Shown: piece by piece, positions 1 through 9,171 of the stretch
Position numbering within the stretch: the stretch's first letter is position 1
Layout of the letters: every line of letters begins with the position of its first letter
Translations under genes and position numbers: made by a program
Notes under the pieces: model-generated
The model's input: the letters and a program-made list of their open reading frames with translations, nothing else
The model's database searches: none
Told to the model about the DNA's origin: nothing
Source: Dehalococcoidia bacterium
GTDB lineage: Bacteria; Chloroflexota; Dehalococcoidia; DSTF01; WHTK01
Assembly (NCBI GenBank): GCA_035292965.1
Contig: DATDPC010000111.1
Span: 1-40,644 of the forward strand
Direction of reading: 5' to 3'
Length of the DNA: 40,644 bases

Positions 1-1782
<1,782 letters not shown>

Positions 1783-1787
1783 ATCTC

Positions 1788-2258
1788 TTACCAGCGGTAG
1801 TGGACGAAGGCTCGGTTGGCCTCTGCCATGCGGTGCGTGTCTTCGCGACGCTTTACGGTAGCGCCCTGACCGTTCGCAGCATCCATGAGCTCGCCCGCCA
1901 GCTTCTCCGCCATAGAGCGGCCGCGGCGTGCGCGCGCCGAGCGTACGAGCCAGCGCATCGCCAGGGACACGCGGCGCTCAGCCCGGATATCGACCGGCAC
2001 CTGGTACGTGGCGCCGCCGACGCGCCGGGGCTTCACCTCGACAGCCGGCGTCGCGTTGCGCAGCGCCTGATCGAAGACGTCGATCGCGGGACGGTTCGCC
2101 TGCTCCTCGAGCCTGTCGAGGGCGGCGTAGACGGCGCGTTCCGCCGTGCTCTTCTTGCCGTCGATCATGACCTTGTTGATGAACATCTGCAGCGACTTGC
2201 TGTGATGCTTGCCGTCCGGCGGGATCTCGCGTTTTTCTGCTTTTCCGCGTCGTGCCAT
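1788..2258 (-). CDS. rpsG: 30S ribosomal protein S7
   Basis: 156 aa, [40 protein letters not shown]...HYRW, typical S7. Only 5 nt upstream of fusA. Confidence 0.95.
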   Translation of the reverse strand: MARRGKAEKREIPPDGKHHSKSLQMFINKVMIDGKKSTAERAVYAALDRLEEQANRPAIDVFDQALRNATPAVEVKPRRVGGATYQVPVDIRAERRVSLAMRWLVRSARARRGRSMAEKLAGELMDAANGQGATVKRREDTHRMAEANRAFVHYRW

Positions 2259-2260
2259 GA

Positions 2261-2677
2261 CTAGGCGCCGGCCTTTCGCGTGCCGTACTTGCTGCGACCG
2301 CGCTTGCGGTTGGCGACACCGGACGCGTCCAGCGCGCCACGGACGATGTGGTAGCGCACGCCGGCAAGGTCCTTGACGCGACCGCCGCGGATCAGGACGA
2401 CGGAGTGCTCCTGCAGGCTGTGGCCCTCGCCCGGGATGTAGGCCGTGACCTCCATGCCGTTCGTCAAACGAACGCGCGCCACCTTGCGCAGCGCCGAGTT
2501 CGGCTTACGGGGCGTGACCGTCTTCACCTGGACACAGACGCCGCGCTTCTGCGGCGATCCCTTTGTCCAGACGACGGTGTTGTGCAGTGCGTTTGAGCGC
2601 CAGCGCAGCGCCGGCGCCTTCGTCTTGCGAGAAGGAGCCTTTCGCGGGCTGCGCACGAGCTGATTGATCGTTGGCAC
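2261..2677 (-). CDS. rpsL: 30S ribosomal protein S12 (with N-terminal insertion, GTG start)
   Basis: 138 aa, MPTINQLVR...PQKRGVC...[20 protein letters not shown]...[20 protein letters not shown]. Stop is 2 nt from the rpsG start. Confidence 0.95.
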   Translation of the reverse strand: MPTINQLVRSPRKAPSRKTKAPALRWRSNALHNTVVWTKGSPQKRGVCVQVKTVTPRKPNSALRKVARVRLTNGMEVTAYIPGEGHSLQEHSVVLIRGGRVKDLAGVRYHIVRGALDASGVANRKRGRSKYGTRKAGA

Positions 2678-2869
2678 TAGTCGATTCCCTTACCTATCTA
2701 TACGAAGAACGCCACGGCTTTGGTCACAATCAGAGGCCGAAAGCCTTATTCCTGAGCCAGCCGGCCTCTCCAAATCGGAGCCTCCTACGGGGTAGGAAGA
2801 CGGCCTGCCGTGGTCACTTTCAGGTGCTTTCGACCCCGAGACCTGCGGTCTAGGGCGTACCAAACGTAA

Positions 2870-2898
2870 AGGCTACTAGCGCCGCGTATCTGTGTCAA
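2870..2898 (-). promoter_or_regulatory. Candidate sigma-70 promoter of the str operon
   Basis: Minus strand TTGACA (2898-2893), 17-nt spacer, TAGCCT (2875-2870). Predicts a ~185-nt structured leader before the rpsL GTG. Confidence 0.35.
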
Positions 2899-3051
2899 CT
2901 CGGCGAGGACGCCAGTGTGGCCTATGCGCAGGCCTCGCGAGGCGCCGGCCAACTACGCAGTTAGCGCCGCCCGTACCGTCTTCTTCCATACAAGAATAGC
3001 ACCATCCGCGGACGACATGCCGCCTGCGCGCGTCCCTCTTCACAGAGCGGC

Positions 3052-3057
3052 TAAACT
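3052..3057 (+). promoter_or_regulatory. Candidate -10 hexamer TAAACT for a leaderless yyaL-like mRNA
   Basis: TAAACT ends 6 nt before the ATG at 3064. No SD in between. Confidence 0.4.
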
Positions 3058-3063
3058 GCCTTC

Positions 3064-5106
3064 ATGGCCAACCGCCTCGCGAACGAGACCAGCCCCTATC
3101 TCCTGCAGCACGCAGACAACCCGGTCGATTGGTACGCCTGGGGCGAAGAGGCGTTTGCGGCGGCGCGAGCGGCGAACAAGCCGATCTTGCTCTCGGTCGG
3201 CTACTCTGCCTGCCACTGGTGCCATGTCATGGCGCACGAGAGCTTCGAGAACGAGACGATCGCCCGGCAGATGAACGAATCGTTCATCAACATCAAGGTC
3301 GACCGCGAAGAGCGCCCCGACGTCGACGCGATCTACATGCAGGCGGTGCAGGCGCTGACCGGCCGCGGCGGCTGGCCGATGACCGTCTTCCTCAAGCCGG
3401 ACGGTGTGCCCTTCTTCGGCGGCACCTACTTCCCGCCCGAGGACCGCGGCGGCATGCGCGGCTTCCCCTTCGTCCTCAGCGCCGTCCTCGAGGCCTACCG
3501 CGAACGCCCCGGCGATATCGACCGCGCCGGCGAGGCGCTGCTGCTGCAGCTCGACGCGCCGGCACGCGTCCGCCCCGGCGACCGCCTGCTCACGACCGAG
3601 GTGCTGGACGCCGCCGCCGAAGCGCTGCTCGCCGCGCACGACCCGATACACGGCGGCTTCGGCGGCGCACCGAAGTTCCCGCAGGCGATGGTCCTCGCCT
3701 TCCTGATGCGCCACTACCACCGCACCAACCGCCCCAGCGTCCTCGAAGCCGTGCGCCGCAGCCTCGATTCGATGGCGCGCGGCGGCATGTACGACCAGGT
3801 CGGCGGCGGCTTCCACCGCTACTCGACCGACGCCGTCTGGCTCGTCCCCCACTTCGAGAAGATGCTCTACGACAACGCCCTGCTCGCCTCCTGCTACCTC
3901 GATGCTTACAAGCTCACCGGCGACGCGTTCTACAAGGGCATCGTCACGCAGACGCTCGATTACGTCCTGCGCGAGATGACCGACCCGGCCGGCGGCTTTT
4001 ACTCGAGCCAGGACGCAGACTCCGAGGGCGAGGAGGGTCGCTTTTTCGTCTGGACGCCGGCCGAGCTCGAAGCCACCCTCGGCGCCGACGCCGAAGCCGT
4101 CGCGCGCTACTACGGCGTCACCCAGGGCGGCAACTTCGAGGGCGCGAACATCCTCAACGTCCCGAAGCCGGAGAACGAACCGCCCGGCCTCGACGCGGCG
4201 CGCGCGAAGCTGTACGAGACGCGAGAACGCCGCGTCCATCCGGCCCGCGACGACAAGGTGCTGACGGCCTGGAACGGCCTCATGCTCCGCGCCTTCGCCG
4301 AAGCGGCCCTCGCCCTCGACGAGCCGCGCTACCGCGAGGCGGCGATTCGCAACGCAGACTTCCTCCTCGGCGCCATGCGACCCGAGGGCCGCTTGCTGAG
4401 GACGTGGAAGGGTGGTACGGCGCACCTGATCGCCTACCTCGAGGACTACGCCTGCCTCGCCGACGGCCTCCTCGCGCTCTACGAAGCAACGTTTGAGGCG
4501 CGCTACCTGACTACCGCCGCGCAGCTCGCCGAGGAGATGATCGACCTCTTCTGGGACGACGAGGCGCAGGGCTTCTTCGACACCGGCCGCGACCACGAAG
4601 CGCTGATCATCCGCCCGCGCGACTTCTGGGACAACGCCACGCCCTCCGGCAACTCTGTCGCCGCCGACGTGCTGCTGCACCTCGCCGCCCTCCTCGACAA
4701 GCCTGACTACGAGACGCGCGCCACGACCTACCTGCGCGCCCTCGCCCCTGTCGTCGAGCAAGCCGCGACCGGCTTCGGCCGCTTCCTCTGCGCCCTCGAC
4801 TTCCACCTCGACCGCGACCACGAGCTCGCCATCGTCTGGCCATCCGGTTCCCCTCTCCCCGCGGGAGAGGGTCAGGGTGAGGGGAGCGCCGCACCGCTTC
4901 TAGACACGGTCCGATCCCGCTACACCCCAAACCTCCTGCTCTTCGGCGGCCCATCGGACGACCCAGCACCGCCGACGCCGCTGCTCGCCGACAAGACGGC
5001 CCTCAACGGCAACGCGGCCGCCTACCTCTGCGAACGCCACGTCTGCCAGGCGCCGACCACCGACCCGTCAGAGCTAACCCGCCAGCTGGACGAAGCCGGC
5101 GTCTGA
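3064..5106 (+). CDS. Thioredoxin-domain protein, DUF255/YyaL family (thioredoxin-like N-domain plus six-hairpin glycosidase-like domain)
   Basis: 680 aa, N-terminus [22 protein letters not shown]...[23 protein letters not shown]...[14 protein letters not shown] is the DUF255 signature. Confidence 0.9.
   Translation: MANRLANETSPYLLQHADNPVDWYAWGEEAFAAARAANKPILLSVGYSACHWCHVMAHESFENETIARQMNESFINIKVDREERPDVDAIYMQAVQALTGRGGWPMTVFLKPDGVPFFGGTYFPPEDRGGMRGFPFVLSAVLEAYRERPGDIDRAGEALLLQLDAPARVRPGDRLLTTEVLDAAAEALLAAHDPIHGGFGGAPKFPQAMVLAFLMRHYHRTNRPSVLEAVRRSLDSMARGGMYDQVGGGFHRYSTDAVWLVPHFEKMLYDNALLASCYLDAYKLTGDAFYKGIVTQTLDYVLREMTDPAGGFYSSQDADSEGEEGRFFVWTPAELEATLGADAEAVARYYGVTQGGNFEGANILNVPKPENEPPGLDAARAKLYETRERRVHPARDDKVLTAWNGLMLRAFAEAALALDEPRYREAAIRNADFLLGAMRPEGRLLRTWKGGTAHLIAYLEDYACLADGLLALYEATFEARYLTTAAQLAEEMIDLFWDDEAQGFFDTGRDHEALIIRPRDFWDNATPSGNSVAADVLLHLAALLDKPDYETRATTYLRALAPVVEQAATGFGRFLCALDFHLDRDHELAIVWPSGSPLPAGEGQGEGSAAPLLDTVRSRYTPNLLLFGGPSDDPAPPTPLLADKTALNGNAAAYLCERHVCQAPTTDPSELTRQLDEAGV
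4848..4886. repeat. Family-A palindromic element (CCCTCTCC-loop-GGAGAGGG followed by CAGGGTGAGG) lying in frame inside the CDS
   Basis: ttcccctctccccgcgggagagggtcagggtgagggg, translated as [12 protein letters not shown]. Same motif recurs at 21138-21179 (reverse) and 21222-21265. Confidence 0.7.
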
Positions 5107-5117
5107 GAGCCTCGAAA

Positions 5118-5201
5118 CGTGGCGCCCTTCGACTAGCTCAGGGAGAGGAAATGAAGCGTCTCTCCCATCTCCCTGAGCCTGTCGAAGGGCGTTACGCCAC
5201 G
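5118..5201. repeat. Family-B hairpin element (MITE/REP-like), copy 1
   Basis: Arms cgtggcgcccttcgactagctcagggag / ctccctgagcctgtcgaagggcgttacgccacg around a ~23-nt loop. Arms and loop resemble 33028-33105 in inverted orientation. Confidence 0.75.
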
Positions 5202-5337
5202 GCGTCTGATGCGCTTCGTGTGTTAGACACGCGACCACCACGAACGCTCGGAGTAAGATCGAACCATACAGAAAGCGCGCCGCCGGTTGGTCAATCCAAG
5301 CACCCCAACGTCAACGGCCAGCCGCGCGAGGACAACA

Positions 5338-5724
5338 ATGCCGGAACAGTACGTTGCCACCGATAAGCGCACCGGCCTCGAGGTCGCCGTCACGGGTTCG
5401 TTCCCGGACCATCCTCAGGACCGCATCCGCATCGCCCGCACGACCAACCTCTTCGCCCGCCTCGCCTCGACGATCCTCTCGATGGACAGCGAGTCGGACC
5501 GCCGCGACGCCTTCATCGCCGTCGAGACGCAGATGGAGCTCGCCGACGCGCTGATCAAGCGCGACCACGAAGAAGTGCAGCGCCTGCTGCAGGAGACGCT
5601 CGCGAAGATGGGCATCTCGCCGGAGCAGATGCGCGAGATCGAAGAGGAGATTCGCCGCCGCATGGGCGGCAGCGAGGGCCCGGGCGAGATCGACGGGCCG
5701 CCCGGCGACGAGCCTCAGACCTAG
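5338..5724 (+). CDS. Hypothetical acidic protein
   Basis: ATG at 5338 preceded by GAGGA (5-nt spacing). The 5287 start in the ORF track lacks an RBS. Its stop TAG directly abuts the ATG of the MFS gene. Confidence 0.55.
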   Translation: MPEQYVATDKRTGLEVAVTGSFPDHPQDRIRIARTTNLFARLASTILSMDSESDRRDAFIAVETQMELADALIKRDHEEVQRLLQETLAKMGISPEQMREIEEEIRRRMGGSEGPGEIDGPPGDEPQT

Positions 5725-7032
5725 ATGGCGCGAACGACCGTCGAGGCGGCCCAGACGGTCGCAGCGCTCGCCGGCGAAGTCATCGACGCGCCGCAACGCA
5801 GCTGGGCCCAGACAACCTTCGACGCGTTCCAGTTCCCTGTCTATCGCACGCTCTGGCTCGGCAGCTTCTTCGCCTTCCTCAGCTTCAACATGGCCGGCAC
5901 GGCGCAGGCCGTCGTCGCCTTCGACCTGACGGGCAGCAACCGCGCCGTCGGCACCGTGATGTTCGGTCAGGGCATCTCGATGCTGCTGCTCAACCCCTTC
6001 GGCGGCGCAATCGCGGATCGATTCTCGAAGCGCTGGCTGATCCTCGTCGCTCAGCTCGTGATCGGCGGCGTCATGCTCGCCTTCGCGATCCTGATCACGA
6101 CAGGCCACATCCGCATCCTCTTCCTCGCGGCCGGCACCTTCATCACCGGGACGATGTTCTCGTTCCTCGGCCCGACGCGTACAGCACTCCTCGGCGATAC
6201 GGTCTCGCCCAACCGGATCGGCAACGCGATGGCGCTGATGCAGGTCGCGAACAACTTCGGGCGCATCGCCGGGCCGTTTTGCGCAGGGCCGGCGCTGGCG
6301 CTGATCGGCTCCGCCGGCACCTACTACCTGATCGCCTCGATCTTCATCCTCGTGCTGATAACGCTCTCGAAGCTGCCGGACCCGCCGCGCGTCACTAGAG
6401 CAGGCGCCAGCGTCCTCGAAGACGTGCGCGGCGCAATCCGCTACGTGGTGAGCCGCAAGCGACTGCTTCACGCCGTGCTGAGCTTCCACCTCGTCATGGT
6501 GATCGGCTTCTCGAACATCGTCGTCATGCCGGGGTTCGCGAAGGACGTGCTGCACTCCGGCAACACCGGCCTCGGCCTGCTGCTCGGCGTTTCGGCGGCG
6601 GGCGGCTTCGTCATGAGCGTGATCGTCGCGTCGCTCGCCGATTCGCGACGGGCGCCGCTGTACCTGACGATCTGCAGCTTCAGCGCCGGCGTGGCGCTCA
6701 TCGTCGTCGGCTTCGCGCCGACGCTGGCGCTGGCGGCGCTGACGATGATCTTCGTCAGCGGCGGGATCAGCGGCTTCCAGACGCTGAACAACGCCTTCGC
6801 CCTGCGCCTGACCGAGATTAGCTACTACGGCCGTGTTGTCGGGCTGATCTTCATGGCCTGGGGGATGATCAACCTGATGAGCCTGCCCGTAGGCTTCTTC
6901 GCCGACGCGTACGGCGAGCGAACCGTCCTCACCGGCTCCGGCATCTTGCTCTGCATCACGGTGCTGCTGCTGGCGCTGACCCGCCCGCCGGCTGAAGACG
7001 ACTTGCCGAACGTGGTTCAGTCGACCGCGTAG
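5725..7032 (+). CDS. MFS transporter (MFS_3 / enterobactin-exporter-like)
   Basis: 435 aa, about 12 hydrophobic segments. Motif GGAIADRFSKRW after TM2 is typical of MFS loop 2-3. Confidence 0.8.
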   Translation: MARTTVEAAQTVAALAGEVIDAPQRSWAQTTFDAFQFPVYRTLWLGSFFAFLSFNMAGTAQAVVAFDLTGSNRAVGTVMFGQGISMLLLNPFGGAIADRFSKRWLILVAQLVIGGVMLAFAILITTGHIRILFLAAGTFITGTMFSFLGPTRTALLGDTVSPNRIGNAMALMQVANNFGRIAGPFCAGPALALIGSAGTYYLIASIFILVLITLSKLPDPPRVTRAGASVLEDVRGAIRYVVSRKRLLHAVLSFHLVMVIGFSNIVVMPGFAKDVLHSGNTGLGLLLGVSAAGGFVMSVIVASLADSRRAPLYLTICSFSAGVALIVVGFAPTLALAALTMIFVSGGISGFQTLNNAFALRLTEISYYGRVVGLIFMAWGMINLMSLPVGFFADAYGERTVLTGSGILLCITVLLLALTRPPAEDDLPNVVQSTA

Positions 7033-7601
7033 GCCGTGCTCGCCGCCGCTTCACGTCGAAACGCGCTCGCGAACTCCCAGAGGCCGAAGAACACCGACGT
7101 GTAGAAGAGATCGCCCAGCAGCGTCCCTCTAAAGAACGGTAACCCCGCGACGTAGCTCTCCCAGAGGCCGTTGATCCCGCGGTCGTACGCGCCGGCCGCC
7201 CAGACGCCGGCGTTGGTGATCAGGAAGAACTGCAGCGAACAAAACACGGTCGCGACGCCGATCACGCCCGGCGATCGGCGCCCCTTGAGGAACCAACCGG
7301 CGAGCGCCGAGAGCGCGAACGAGCCGTAGACGTACGGCAGCGTTGTGTGCCACAGCGCCCACGGCTCGTAGACGTGGTTCAGGTGCAGGCCGCTGTACGG
7401 GCTGACGTAGAGCAGCAGGTAGTCGCTGATCAGCAGCGTCACGCCGAGCGCCGCGAACGAGACGCGACGGTTCATGTAAGCGCCGCAGAACAACGCCGAC
7501 GCCGTCACCGGCGCGAAGTTCGGCAGGTGCGGCAGCAGACGCCCGGCAACGCCAATCGCGACGAGAGCAAGGACGACGAACAGGGTCTCATACTTAGTCA
7601 T
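7017..7601 (-). CDS. Small polytopic membrane protein with LPNFAPV motif (resembles DUF6580 family; recalled from memory)
   Basis: 194 aa, 5-6 predicted TM segments. N-terminus GRLLPHLPNFAPVTASALFCGAY, later ITNAGVW...YVAGLPFF. RBS GAGG upstream. Last gene of the nrdAB transcription unit. Confidence 0.6.
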   Translation of the reverse strand: MTKYETLFVVLALVAIGVAGRLLPHLPNFAPVTASALFCGAYMNRRVSFAALGVTLLISDYLLLYVSPYSGLHLNHVYEPWALWHTTLPYVYGSFALSALAGWFLKGRRSPGVIGVATVFCSLQFFLITNAGVWAAGAYDRGINGLWESYVAGLPFFRGTLLGDLFYTSVFFGLWEFASAFRREAAASTAYAVD

Positions 7602-7633
7602 GGCTTACCTCGGCAGCATAGCGAAAATCGGCG

Positions 7634-7671
7634 GCGCCGCCATCCCCGCGATCAGGCATCGATGGCGGCGC
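7634..7671 (-). terminator. Hairpin between the DUF4430 and membrane-protein genes; possible partial terminator/attenuator
   Basis: Perfect 11-bp stem gcgccgccatc/gatggcggcgc with 16-nt loop. On the minus-strand RNA it is followed by CGCCGAUUUUCGC (short, displaced U tract). Confidence 0.3.
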
Positions 7672-7681
7672 GCCGAGCGCC

Positions 7682-8119
7682 TCAGAACGAGGAGTACTTG
7701 AACGACAGCACATCGCCGTCCTTGACGACGTAGTTGCCCGCGCCGACGTCGGACGACTTGCCGTTGACGCTGAACTCCCAGAAGTGGTTGCCCTCCGCGA
7801 TAACGCCGAAGAAGCCGGTGATGAAGACGCCGAGGTCGCCGCCGAAGTCCTTCGTCGAGACGTTGGCGGAGCCGAGCGCCTGCTGAATCGCCAGCAGCGC
7901 CTTGCCGTCGCTAGCGATCGCGAACGGCGCCTCGACTTTCGCCTTTTGCGTCGGCGCGCCCGTGAAGTCGATGACGACGGTGCCCTTGACCTGCGCCTGC
8001 GACGCGATCGTCGCCGTCGCGTTGGGCGATGAGCCGTTGTCGTTGTCGGAGCAGGCGGCGCCGAGCCAGATGATCGGGAGCAGGGCAACGAGCAGGAATA
8101 GACGTAGCTTCGAGCTCAA
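7682..8119 (-). CDS. Secreted/lipoprotein with DUF4430 (transcobalamin-like C-terminal) domain
   Basis: 145 aa, TTG start with GAGAGGAA RBS. Signal peptide plus LGAAC lipobox-like site. C-terminal half GVFITGFFGV...HFWEFSVNGKSSDVGAGNYVVKDGDVLSFKY matches the DUF4430 pattern (G-F-V-x-x-I-x-G...W-x-y-x-v-N-G...GD-x-i-x-f-x-Y). Confidence 0.75.
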   Translation of the reverse strand: MSSKLRLFLLVALLPIIWLGAACSDNDNGSSPNATATIASQAQVKGTVVIDFTGAPTQKAKVEAPFAIASDGKALLAIQQALGSANVSTKDFGGDLGVFITGFFGVIAEGNHFWEFSVNGKSSDVGAGNYVVKDGDVLSFKYSSF

Positions 8120-8136
8120 GAAACGGTTCCTCTCTT

Positions 8137-9171
8137 CTAAAACGGCGCGTCCAGCACAACCTCGCCGACGACACCGACCTGGTAGGCGGAGACGCGACGT
8201 TCGAAGAAGTTCGCCAGCTCCTGCACGTCCTGCAGGTCCATGAACGAGAACGGGTTGCGCGCGCCGTAGCGCCGCTCGAGGCCCAGGCGCGCGAGGCGCT
8301 GGTCGGCGCAGAACTCAAGGTACTGCCGCATATCGCGCGTCGACAGTCCCGCAACGCCGAGGCCGAGCAGGTCTTCGGCGAACTGCATCTCGCAGTCGAC
8401 GGCGTCCTCGACCATCTTGTACACGGCGGCCGCCAGGCCGTCGTCGAATAGCGCCGGCTCCTCGCGCCGCACCGTATCGACTACCTCAAACGCGAAGGCC
8501 ATGTGAGCGCTCTCGTCGCGGAACACCCAGTTCGTGCCGGCGGCGAGGCCGTGCAGCAGCCCGCGCGAGCGCAGGAAGTAGACGTAGGCAAAAGCCCCGA
8601 AGAAGAACAGCCCCTCGATGCAGGCAGCGAAGCAGATCAGGTTGAGCAAGAAGCGCCGCCGCTCCTCGATCGTCTCGAGGCGGTCGAGGTCGTCGATCGA
8701 GTCAAGCCAGCGCAGGCAGAAGTCGCCCTTGCGCCGAATTGAGGGGATGTTCTCCAGGGCCGCGAAGGCGCGGAAGCGCTCCTCCGGCTCCTGCATGTAG
8801 GTATCGAGCAAGGTCAGGTAGAAGTCAACGTGCTGCGCCTCCTCAAACAGCTGGCGTGAGAGGTACATGCGTGCCTCCGGTGCGTTGACGTGCTTGTACA
8901 GGTTGAGCACAAGGTTGTTCGAGACGATCGAGTCCCCTGTAGCGAAGAAGGCTACGAGGCGCTGAATCAGGTGACGTTCCGGATCCGTCATCTTGCGCTG
9001 CAGGTCGCTCACGTCGGTCGAGAAGTCGACCTCTTCGACCGTCCAGGTGTTCTTGATAGCCGCCTTGTACATCTCGTAGAAGGCCGGGTAGTACATCGGA
9101 CGCAGCGTCAGGCAGAGGCCGGGATCGAGCAGGTGCTCGGGGCGGGTGACGGACGACGATTGTGTGGTCAC
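8137..9171 (-). CDS. nrdB: Ribonucleotide reductase class I beta subunit
   Basis: 344 aa. Metal ligands FFATGDS, EEAQHVDFY (Tyr at His+4), CIEGLFFF, RDESAHM. 4-nt overlap with nrdA. Confidence 0.9.
   Translation of the reverse strand: MTTQSSSVTRPEHLLDPGLCLTLRPMYYPAFYEMYKAAIKNTWTVEEVDFSTDVSDLQRKMTDPERHLIQRLVAFFATGDSIVSNNLVLNLYKHVNAPEARMYLSRQLFEEAQHVDFYLTLLDTYMQEPEERFRAFAALENIPSIRRKGDFCLRWLDSIDDLDRLETIEERRRFLLNLICFAACIEGLFFFGAFAYVYFLRSRGLLHGLAAGTNWVFRDESAHMAFAFEVVDTVRREEPALFDDGLAAAVYKMVEDAVDCEMQFAEDLLGLGVAGLSTRDMRQYLEFCADQRLARLGLERRYGARNPFSFMDLQDVQELANFFERRVSAYQVGVVGEVVLDAPF

Noticed and set aside
3040-4821. 593-aa minus-strand ORF, plus the overlapping 3129..4496 plus-strand out-of-frame ORF.
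   Set aside because: Both overlap the well-supported YyaL-family CDS. They are low-complexity and Arg/Ala/Gly-rich, which marks them as high-GC frame shadows.
5311-6555. 414-aa minus-strand ORF.
   Set aside because: It is antisense to the hypothetical and MFS genes, with no membrane or enzyme features. Shadow ORF.
6881-6890. Hammerhead-like CUGAUGA motifs (also near 30950 and 31200).
   Set aside because: All lie inside well-supported coding frames and lack the partner GAAA core and flanking helices.
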